Source of the DNA: Camelus dromedarius
Taxonomy: Eukaryota
Direction: 5' to 3'
Length of the DNA: 64,000 nucleotides
Assembly (NCBI RefSeq): GCF_036321535.1
Contig: NC_087442.1
Coordinates: 13,144,001-13,208,000 of the forward strand
The notes beneath the pieces were generated by a model. The model worked only from the letters and a program-made list of their open reading frames with translations, was not told the DNA's origin and ran no database searches. Shown in pieces: positions 1 to 10,899 of this stretch (the first letter of the stretch is position 1; each line of letters opens with the position of its first letter). Position numbers and translations under genes: made by a program.

Positions 1-1957
1 AGATCTGGCTTGCAGGCAACAGTTTGCCAACACTTAGGTAAGAGAACTAGTCAATGATATGGCTTTAAGTAACCATTTATTATTATAAAACATTACTTTA
101 CGCCTCCTGAGTTAGCTCATTCAACCAAGAGAAAAAAACCAGAATAGAAGACAGAATGATGATCACACTATAATAAATCTTGACTAACCACAACTTGATT
201 CTTAATACGGCCTCTCCATTCTCATACCCAACTCAACAAGAAAGGTAAATAATAACAAGCTTATACCAGAGATTCAATCAGAAGGAACATCAAAGGACAC
301 TGGGGGATCAGAATTAATATGGAATCTTCTATACCTTCAACATCTAGAATGAATCAGTAACATATTACATTTATTTGGTTCTTTACACGTGACATGATAC
401 TTGTACAAAATTATCTCACTTAACCCATGTTCAGAATTAGGATCTGAGGCCTGATTAAATAATACTTTCAACTTCTAAGTTAGGAAAAAATTACTACTAT
501 ACTACCCAGTTTTAGAAATATAGTTAAGGAAGATTAAACCGAAAAGACTGAGCATTCTACTTAAGGTTTTAAATAAGCTTAACTTAAAACTGTGCTGAAT
601 CACACAGTGCACATCCTGCTCCACAGTCTTTGCAGGAATGGAATAGGAAGAGAGATGATTGAGACGATGCCTAAGATTAAGGACACACGTTGGTGGTAAG
701 TCCCAGGATTAGTAATAACAAAAATCATGAGATGAATATCAACTGTTTTGCCAGAGTATAATGTCCCAGACAGAAGCTGTTTTCACTCAATATTTCACTC
801 AAACTACCAATAATCCTGATAAAGCAGGCACTCTTCTACTAACTAGGTAAGGAAAGACAAGAGGGGTAATTAGATCATTTGGCCAAGGCCACTTTAATCC
901 AAGCAGTCTGACTCTAGTCTGCATTGTATGTATCTGAACAGAGCAGGCCAGCAAAAAATGCAAACAGTCCTTATTTACCAAGGGTAACTGTTGTCAGGAA
1001 AGGGCACAGACTATTGTATCAGAGACCAGCTGGAGCAGGAGAAGAGCAAATTTATAAAAGCCCTTTAACTGGAACTTTTACCTTGAAATTTAAACTCAAA
1101 TACTATGTAGCAGTAACTTGATGTCCTCTTTTATGTAGTAACATGGTAGATTTTAATAGCAACTGTCTGCTAATTTTTGGCAAAAAAAAAGTTGCTTTGA
1201 AAGAATAATTTGAGTATCAAGATTAGAAGTGCTCTTGAGAAAAGCAAAACTTTAAGTTTTGCAAAAATAATCTTTATGAACATGCTGAAAATATTAGATT
1301 AGGGGTGTCAGGTAGTATGATGGAAATTTTCCTGTACAACTTCATAAATGGAGGAAGCACCAGGGACTAGGCTAACACAGTCCCAGATGAGACTCCATTC
1401 TCACCACCAGAAACAACTGACAGGTGGGCAAGTAGACAAGAGAAACTGTCTTCTATCAACCAGCAAGCTGATTCTCAAAATTTACAGTACAGGTAAGATT
1501 CATGGAGAACTTTTAAAAATGTGTATTTCTGGGCACTGGACTGTGTGCCTGCAGTTTTAAGAATGTGAGATAACTGGCCTAAAATCACACTACAAGGAAC
1601 CCTGTCCCTTATAAATTCCCTGCTCATTCTCTGCATTTGCCTAGAATATTTTTCCTATCTGACTTTACCTACTCAGATTATACCCACTTTATTTAGGTTT
1701 TATCTACTCCCCTGAAGCCATTTTTATAAATTACTCTACTTCCCTCATCTAAGTTCCTATATTATTTAGTCTGTGCCATATATACAGGTTAGCTCTTTGT
1801 TCGGTCAGTCTGATTACTGTCAAAGATGTTAGTCCTGTGTCTTAACTCACTTGAATAAAGTTGCTCAACTACATTATATTTATTTTTTTTTAACTAAGCC
1901 TAGTACAGCAGAAAATATATAATTATTACTGACTTAAAGTCACCTTAAGAACTACTT

Positions 1958-2127
1958 GGTTTGCTAAGAGAGCAGAACTTAAATGTTCTCACCAAAAAAT
2001 ACATGTGAGGTAATGGATATGTTAACTAACTAGATGTGTGGAATCCTTTCACAATGTATATGTGTATCAAATCATGATGAACACTTGAAATGTCTTACAG
2101 TTTTATCAGTTATACCTCACTAAGCTA
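1958..2127 (+). mobile_element. L1 3' end fragment (L1MA/MB-like)
   Basis: Typical L1 3'UTR: TGTTCTCACC...GGTAATGGATATGTTAAC...AGTTATACCTCA. Boundaries approximate. Confidence 0.7.
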
Positions 2128-2994
2128 CTTGGATCAAGGCAAGAATACAACAAAGAGCCTATTACATCCAACTCAGTTTTTGAGTGGTTTCAGGGAATGG
2201 CTAGTTGAGGGTCAAAAAAAAAAAAAAAATCTGCAGAAAGCTGTTAAAAATCTATCATGGGCTTCATGTGGAATATACCCATAGAAAATTTAAGATTAGT
2301 AGGTACTAGGGACTCAAAAAATGTTTTATGTTCCATAGAAATGACCTGGCTCCTAAGGGCCATTGTGTGACCTGAGAAGTTTGGGAGCTTGGTCTATACA
2401 GACTGAGAGTGCCAAGGCTCCGTGCCACATTCTAGTCCTCTGCCCTTAATTCAAGTCCTTAAACATGCTTCACCCTGGGTCTGCCCTCCTTGCACCTTTT
2501 CCATGCTAATGAAGTCTAACTTCCTTATAATTCTGAATCTGCACTGCCAAGCTAACTGTATATACAACATGCACACCTATAGTGCAGATTAAGCAAGAAT
2601 ATACTAGAATGTGTCTGCTCTGAAAAATTAAGTTTGGAAAACAAAAAGTTAAACAAAGGTAAACCAGTTTTACTGAAGGGACTTCTCAGAGCCCTTAATT
2701 TGCCAATACATACTGAAAAAGCTCTAACAATTACTGGTAACTAAAATTATTTGCCCATAAAGTACTTTTTTCCCAAGACACACTAAGTGTAGAAAAGCAA
2801 TAACCTCTGAACATACTGGTTCCAATTTCTTACTCTGGCTCATAAGCATATTCTTTCTGAACTACCCATATAATCAGGGGAAAAAAGTTATACACACACA
2901 AATGTGTCCAAGTTACCAGATGCAAGTTCACACCACTAGTATTCCAAGTCTAAACCACAAAGGTAGTTCCACATCCTCCTATGGACCTCAGTAC

Positions 2995-3186
2995 CTCCTC
3001 CTGGATCGCTCTCTGCTCCTGTCTCTAGAACTGTGCCCACTTCTCTGGTGGCTGCGGCTGCGACTACGGCTGCTGGAGCGGGATCTGTGGCGATGGCGTT
3101 TCTCCCGAGATTTGGATCGAGTTCTCCTTTTCCGTTCCCGTGACATGGAGCGAGACCGATGTCTGCGATGCTCTCTGGACCGAGAT
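2995..3186 (-). CDS. LUC7L2: LUC7L2 exon 9 (192 nt, RS domain)
   Basis: TTTTTTGTAG acceptor and GAG|GTACTG donor. Encodes (R)SRSREHRRHRSRSMSRERKRRTRSKSREKRHRHRSRSSSRSRSRSHQRSGHSSRDRSRERSRR in frame with exon 8. Confidence 0.97.
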
Positions 3187-4377
3187 CTACAAAAAATATT
3201 TCATTTAGTTTTTAGCTTTGTTGGCACTACATTTCTCATTGACTAAAGCCCCTTCTTTAAGAGAAACTATCCCTCAGGAGCTTTACTTAAAATGCTGATT
3301 CTATTTCAAATCAGCTAAATCTATATTAAAATAAATTGCTAGTATATTAAATAAATACTAGAAATTCAAAACAAAAATAAAATACTAGTTCTCAGAGGTC
3401 AATCAGTATTGTATAAATTTACATCAGGAATATTTTTAGACATGAAAGACACAATCTATACCACTACTACATGCCAGGGATAGGATTATCTAGTTGCTTC
3501 ATGAACTTAATTTCATTTAAATTTCTAAGATTCTTAGTACACTTTAGAAACAAAGTGTTGTACCTGATGAACATGGACAGGAGGGAGGAGACGCATGAGA
3601 AGAATATTATTTAGCGTAAGTTACTCTCTGAATTAGAAAGCTTATATGACCACCAAAATAAGTTTAAACACCCACAATATGCCTAGTCACAGTGTAATCA
3701 AAACACAGTTAAGACAGTTCCCTATTTTTTTACAAAAAGTATTTACAAGTACATAGGAGTACAGAGAAGGAAAAACACTTCTGTAGCCTTCACTGTGTCA
3801 CAAAATTAACTAGTGTGTGTGGCGAGGGTGGGGGTGGCATGTGCGGAGGAGAGAAACAATGGGGAAGAAAGCTATGAACTTTGTTAAGGGCCTCTTTAAG
3901 AGTGATGAGAACATTCTAAACTGGATTTTGTCAATTGTGCAACTTTAAACTTACTGAAAAGCATTGACTTACACAGTTAAAATAGGTGAACTTAGGGTAT
4001 ATAAATCTCAGTAAGGCTCTTAAAAATTTTTAATTCTCTTTGTCAAATTATGAGAAAACATCTCATTTTTTAAAGTTTAAAAGCACATTAATTCAGGTGA
4101 TATAATTTATAAATTGAGTTTATTTTCAAAAGATTATTTTGTTAAATGAAGTTTAAGAACAGTCAGCTTATATCAACAATGCTTCAAAGAAAAGCATATT
4201 GTGGACCTAGGATCAACCACAGTTAAATAGAGTATTTCCACAATTTAAAATATTTCTGAAAAGAAATAGGAAAAAGACAGTATCAATTCATTCAAGATTT
4301 ATCAAATGGTAACTTATCACTCATTTTGACCTATTATAATCAATCTATTTCTTCCAATGCATAATTTCATCCCTAGA

Positions 4378-5230
4378 CTATTCATTAATTCAAAAACATT
4401 TACTGGGTACCTACTGTACTGTTCTAGGTACTAGGGAGACTGAGCAGCAAATAAAGCAAAGTCCTTAACTTCATGGAGCTTATACTCCAGAAAGAGGTCT
4501 ATATAGATATGTAGGCAAAAAATACAGGTCAGGCAGTAAAGAAATGATGTATTAGGAAAGGTAAAAATGGAAAGAGAAATGAGGCGGTCATTTTTTATAC
4601 AGAATAGGCAGGAAAGGCTTTTCTTTTCTTTTCCTTTTTTTTGGCTTTTCTTTAAAAATAGCATTTAAGCAAAGACAAAATGAAGTAAGGAAATGAGCTA
4701 ATCAGCCAACTGAGAAGACTGCTTCAGGTAAAGGAAATACAGACGCAAAGGCCCTGAGGTGGGAAAAAGTTCAGCCTGTCAAAGGAATAGAAGAGACATG
4801 TCTGGCTGTAATGAAACAAGGACGACGGGTAACATCAGGAGTCTATCAAGCAGGATGACCAAGTACTTTGTCATTCAAACCAAGATGTTCTTAACACTGA
4901 AATATTCAGAGGGAAAGGGGGAGCTATTAATAAATATGCTGAGACAAAAAATAAACTGTAACTAACTGTCTGAGGGCAGACGGATCACTCTACTTAAAAG
5001 CCATGGGGAGGATTTCAACTCCTGTGAGTGAACAGAGTACGTTTGGAGGGTTTGAGGAGAGGACAGATACAACTTATTTCACTTTTTAAAGAAATCATTC
5101 TGGCTGATGTGTACAAAACAGACTGAGGTGAAGAAGGGAAGTAGGCAAAAACAATCAAGAGACTGGTTAAGAGGCTACTGTAATAGTGAGGTGATAAGTG
5201 GCTTGGCCCAGAGTAGCAGAAATGAAATCT
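4378..5230 (-). mobile_element. L2 LINE fragment
   Basis: Starts with the reverse complement of the L2 3' terminus (ATTCATTAATTCAAAAACATTTACTGGGTACCTACTGT), then degenerate L2 body. Confidence 0.7.
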
Positions 5231-6367
5231 CTGGCATGAGTATCTAAAGATGTTCTACGTACAAATGGGTTAAATATGTCTTCAACAAAGGGACCAGCTT
5301 GCATGAATCAACCAGTAAAAAAGAATAGTATCATCATGTAATGTTTCCACTTCTCATCCTGGATTGAGAAACAACAATATAAATTAGTTTACACAATTGA
5401 TCCTGTTTATTAATGTCTTAGTCTTTGGTGTTTTAAGCAGAAATACCACTGAAAGACTCTAAAAAGTACTAAGGGACATGTAACAGAACATAAAGTTTTT
5501 CCTTCATAACAATAAATGCTCTAGTTTACAGGGAAAAAGTTCTTGGGAAATAGTTACTTTTTAGAGTCAAGGGTACTCAGAAGGTTTCAAAAAGATGATG
5601 TGATCTGAAAAACAGGAATGGCAGGATCTGAAAACAGTGAGAAAGGGCATTCTGGGGAGGAATGGATCCATGAGAAAGGCTCAAGGACAGAAATGAGAAT
5701 GGCACACGAAGAATTAAGAATGATAAAGAATACCATGTCTTATCACCTCAGGAAAAATTACTAAAAACTAGTAAAAACTGTATTAAAAAAAAAAAAAAGG
5801 CTTCTAAAAGCTCACAAACATTAGTGCCAAAAGTCAAAAGTTATCTTCCTCCTCCTCTTTTACACTGTACTCCTCCTCACTGTACAAAGGGAGAAGCAGT
5901 AAAGTCAAAGTCAGTATCAGGTGCAAACTAAACATTTTAGTTTCCCTCAATAACTCATCATGAATCCCTCACTCAGAATGTATCCAACTATTTAAACTAG
6001 TTATATTTTCAGCCTCTTAGAATGTGTTTCTTACGAATCATCCAAATTGATTTAAAAAAATAAATCCTGTCACATATTTACTCTTAGCTTCTAAGGAAGA
6101 TTTTAATGAAATACTCTGAAATATTTTTAGCTTTCTCTGTAACTCCAGGGCACTGCATATGATTTTACTCTGATAAAACTAAATTGTAGCCCATAAGTAT
6201 CTGCAGACCAATTTCTTCTCAAATGATGTTGCACAAGTGTGAACTACAAAAGAATTTAGAGTACTAATCTGTTAATTCTCATTCACTTTTAAAAGATACT
6301 TAATCTATAAAAACTACCTTTGAAAAATACAGCTTCACCACTTAAACTTATTGTGTATAATACCTAC

Positions 6368-6397
6368 CTTTTGGGATTCTTGCTATGTGATCGAGAC
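6368..6397 (-). CDS. LUC7L2: LUC7L2 exon 8 (30 nt, symmetric phase 2-2)
   Basis: TTCTTTTTTTAG acceptor and AAG|GTAGGT donor. Encodes SRSHSKNPK, also seen at the end of ORF 6364..6549. Confidence 0.95.
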
Positions 6398-6967
6398 CTA
6401 AAAAAAGAATATCTATTTTTAGAAAAGTAACTATAAATAAGGAAGAAGTACAATGTGCTAATTACATTCTTCCTCATTTCTAATTTTGTATTAATTTTAT
6501 AAATATAAGGCGTGTATGTACACACACGAATTTTTCCAAAAGGTACCACAAACTCTGCAGACTTCCCGACCTGGGCGTACCTGTTTAGGATACCCGGCTC
6601 TTAAAAAAGAATATGCTCCTAGGAGACTAACACTCCTATACAGCACAACTCCCTAGTTCTCCAAAAACCACTTCCCAATCTGGAAAAAAATCTGTTATTT
6701 GTATCTTTGTCATTTCTTCTTTTTCTCCGGGAACAGAGTAAAATTTCTAAGCTGACACGCTTATACTTTGGAATTACCACTTCGTACTATAATCCCTAGA
6801 ACACGACTCAATTGTACAATGTTTCTTATTATGACACGTGATACTCTTATATAAAAAGCAATCTTTACACTTACTAGCACACAATTAAAGCTCAATAAAT
6901 AGTGACATCTAATATTATGGTTACTAGGAAGTCACAGGATTGGTTTTGTATGTGTGTGTGGAGAATA

Positions 6968-7200
6968 TGTAGCATGGTTGAAGCACGGCTTTGGATTCAG
7001 CCTGATGCAAGCTGTAACCATTTCCACCACTATCTGTGTGGCCTGGACAGATTATGTATCTTCCTTCAGTTTGTCATTTGCAAAAGAGGGACAGTAACAG
7101 AAATTTCACAGGAGGGTTCTAAGTATTAGATGAATTAATATAGGTAAATTCTTAGCACAATGGGCACATAAGCAGCATCCAGTAAGTGACAGTAATTTGT
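6968..7200 (+). mobile_element. MIR SINE
   Basis: Near full length: TAGCATGGTTGAAGCACGGCTTTGGA...CTTCAGTTTGTCATTTGCAAAAGAGGG...TTAGCACAATG. Confidence 0.7.
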
Positions 7201-8573
7201 ATCATTATTCTTTTCATTACCATAGTTGTAATCCCATTTGTGTGTAATTCTGTACTCACTTGTAATTTCCTCATCTTCCATACTTAGGCACAGTATCTCC
7301 TCAAGTTCAAAGACTAAAAAAATGTTTTAAATGTTTCTGAAGCAGTGTTAACATTTTATAATAATCAATGTTAAAAGAAATTTGCCACTTGGCATTAAAG
7401 AGTAAGATAAGATGTACTTTCTCATCATCTACAGATGTGAAAATGTAGTCCTGCAAAGAATGTTTTCTCTCATTTGACTATTACCTCAGTTGAATCATTT
7501 ATATTAGTGGCACTATATTCTGAATTTTAACTTAAACTGAGATTTCTAATGCCATTCATACTGTCTAAAACATTACAATATTGGGCAATATTCTCACAGA
7601 AACTTAGTATACACAAAAGAGATAAAGCTCTGAAGTTACTAAAATACAGCACTTCCTCTAAACAGGAACATGTCCAATATGTAACTTTGTTTTGTTTTTG
7701 TCATTACAGTGCAAAATCATTACAAGCCATGTAACAAATGAAGTCAGTTTAAACATCTTCAAATAGACTGAGTATATGTAACATGCTCAAAGCTTAGAGG
7801 AAGTCGACATGACCTAGTCACATTATTATCCAGGGTTTTAATTAACTGAAGCACAACACTGGCCGAAGAGAAGGTATTTAAATTTCAGAGATGTGTAATA
7901 CAATTAAGGGAACACTAAGTTAGAACTGCAGGTAAATCTTTTATGGCAAACTCATCCATCTGAAAATTGTTGAAGTTATAAATATGATGCTTTATGTAAT
8001 ATTTTGCTGCAAATGGGTAAAAGTGACTCAACACGTAGACATTCTAAATAAGAATCGTATGATTTTATCAACTAATCAGTATAAAAAGAATTGTTCACAT
8101 TTAGCTATTAACTTAATAAAATTTTATAGTTTATAGCTCCTAAACTGAAGAAATATAGAATCAAAGTACAATGTAAAATAATCAATGAAACAAACAAATA
8201 ACCACCCAAACCTTTTATCAACAAGTACACAATATATCAATAAAACAGTTCTACACCAGCCTGGTACAAAACTAGCCCATTGTGAAAATCAGAGGGCCAG
8301 ACAGGGGCTTTATTATAAATCTTACTAAACAGATAGATACGACACACTCTTTACTCCCTCTTCCACACATTCTGAAGGAAATCTTCTTGACTTGACTTAA
8401 ATGGCCATAAGTTAACATAGTTGAATAAACATTATTTCATATGTCAGTATTTTAAAGAAATTTCCCATGTCCAGATTTATTAACATCTAAAATCTTGTAT
8501 CAATCACATCTCTTTTCAGAACTGGGGATATTCAACCTCAGATACTTGGACTACTCAGTTAATTACTCCATAC

Positions 8574-8665
8574 CTCCTCAGCTTCTCCCTTTCTTCTCTC
8601 TCCCTTTCTTCTCTTCTTTTCAGGCGTTCCTGGTTTCTTTTCTCCTGCTTCTCAGCTACAACTCT
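8574..8665 (-). CDS. LUC7L2: LUC7L2 exon 7 (92 nt, Arg/Glu-rich)
   Basis: TTTTTTAAG acceptor and GAG|GTATGG donor. Encodes RVVAEKQEKRNQERLKRREEREREEREKLR. Confidence 0.96.
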
Positions 8666-10148
8666 CTTAAAAAACAATGACAGTTCAAATAATAATAAAT
8701 GAGGAGAAGTATGGGCCCATTCTTAATGAGCACTATCCTAAACTTCACCATATCTAACATCAAAAGCTTTTTAATAACAATTAAATTTGAAGTTTTGCCA
8801 AGTATAATCATTAAGCTTACAAGACTGGTTTCCAAAATCTCCCCTTCTTTTTATGTACAATTTCATATTTCTCTATGACTTCTTAGTATTTCAGAATCAC
8901 TTTTATAAGACTTTTCTCCTCTTAAGGTCTTCTAAATTCTATAAAAATGAATTTTTTAAAAAAACCATCAATCATTATAAACTCCTACAAGTTTCCAAGC
9001 TCTCCGATTTCCAATATGGAAATGTCTTCTGTCAATTTCTACTTACAATCCTGATGCTGCTGCTTTTAAAGATACCGGTGAAATGCTAAACAGTTCTGTT
9101 GCTAGGTCTGTATTTGCGAAGGTTTCCAATTACCATTTTTTTTGAGTTTTAAATTAGAGCTCAATAACCATTCACTATAGTGAAACTCAACTTGTCATTT
9201 CAAAAAACTTACCCAGGATCATCCTAGGTACTCAGAATACTGAGAAGAGCTCACGGTTAACTACAAACACGGAGATGTCCCTAAGTGATTTTGATTCCAC
9301 ATTATTTTAAGTATCAAACTATGGTCTTGGGTTAATTTCAGTGGTAACTACACAAAAAGTCACTACCCAATGTTTGCCATCTTTGAGCAAGTCCTCAATT
9401 CATGACAAAATACTACAGTCCCACAATTTTTTAAAAAACTAGCCACATCAGACTGTTGAAAAGTAAACTGGTCATATCCACTGACTTCTGCTTATGTTTA
9501 CCTCCTTAGAAATATCCTCCCTCTTTTTTTGTTTGCTCATCTTCTCAAAAGAAATCAGCAGACGAGTAAGAGTTGTGTTGCCTTTTTCACAACAGCCTAC
9601 ATACTTAAGTGACAGTGACTGTCCTTTTTAAAAAAATAAATCCTTTCTGAAATGGGGGCAGAAGAAAAAATTAGAGGTACCACAAGTATGCTATTTAGTG
9701 AACTGCAAAATACTCCAAATAAATGCTGGAGCTTTTAAAAAATCTTCCTTAAAAGTAAATATTATTACATTAATGTTACTGATTTTATTAAAAAGAAAAC
9801 ATCATCGGAAATTTTAGGGGACTTGTATGAATTATTTTAGAACCCAGTTAGCAAGACTCCTAATTCAACATCGTATCTAACACAAAATTACTACCTTCCA
9901 GAATAAGAGAAATAGTACTTTAAAGTCTGTTTCCCAGATATCATCCATTAAACAAGATGGTATTTCTAGTTACAATCCTACACTATTCAATATTAACTAT
10001 TAACAGAATCACAGTTAAGAACAGTCTTAATCACAATTAAGAATACTATACAAAAAACCCCCCAACTATACAAAAAGACAACTTACACATATCAAAAGAA
10101 TGAGTGGCTAAACTGGACAAAGGGGGAGGCCTTAATTTACCAATGTAC

Positions 10149-10325
10149 CTTTAATTCTTCAAGCTTCTCTCTTATTTCAATAAATCCCAGGTGCAGTTTA
10201 CCCCCAAAATGATCAGCCAGCCGCCTGTCATTATCATGAAGCCCTAAATAGGCAGAGCAGACTTCACAGACTCGAAGTTTCTGCTGCTGGAAACTGGAAG
10301 CTGGCATAGAATTCCGATAAACTTC
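10149..10325 (-). CDS. LUC7L2: LUC7L2 exon 6 (177 nt, second zinc finger, U1-type C2H2)
   Basis: TTTAG acceptor and AAG|GTACAT donor. Encodes EVYRNSMPASSFQQQKLRVCEVCSAYLGLHDNDRRLADHFGGKLHLGFIEIREKLEELK. Confidence 0.98.
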
Positions 10326-10899
10326 CTAAACGAAAGTGAGAAAAATAATGTTCACATAAACCACATTAAAATCATACAATTAAACAAAATACACTATGTT
10401 TATACCAAAAATGTTTCTAATCAACACACAAAAAGCATGGTGATTTTGTCATGAAAATTACAGACTCCTCATTCCCCCTATTCTCTGTCCTCAGGACCTC
10501 TCTACTAGAAATGAATGATCAGAGCCTTAAATACCTTTTGCCAGGAACCACCATAACAATTCTAACATGATATGGAACACGACTTTCTGAAAAAGTTTTC
10601 TCAGTGTTCTACAACGTTTTCTATAATTCTTGTTAAAAATGCAGCAACCCCAAAACTATACATCAGTGAAAGGTCAAGGAAGCAGAATCGCCCATGATTG
10701 CAGAAAAGGAATGTATGTCTTCCATACTATTACAGCTTCCTTTCGCTGCCTTCTTCCCCACAGATCATTCCCCACCCTCTGGAACTGTGGACAGGGCATA
10801 CAAAGACTTCCTATTAAAAGGAGTAGCTCTGTAAGACAAAAGATGAAAGGTGCCTTACTGAGATTAAGATGCCTCATACTCATTTTATTTATATTAAGT

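Noticed and set aside
2902-3246. 114-aa plus-strand ORF rich in Leu/Arg/Asp
   Set aside because: It is the antisense shadow of the repetitive RS-coding exon 9, with no independent gene signals.
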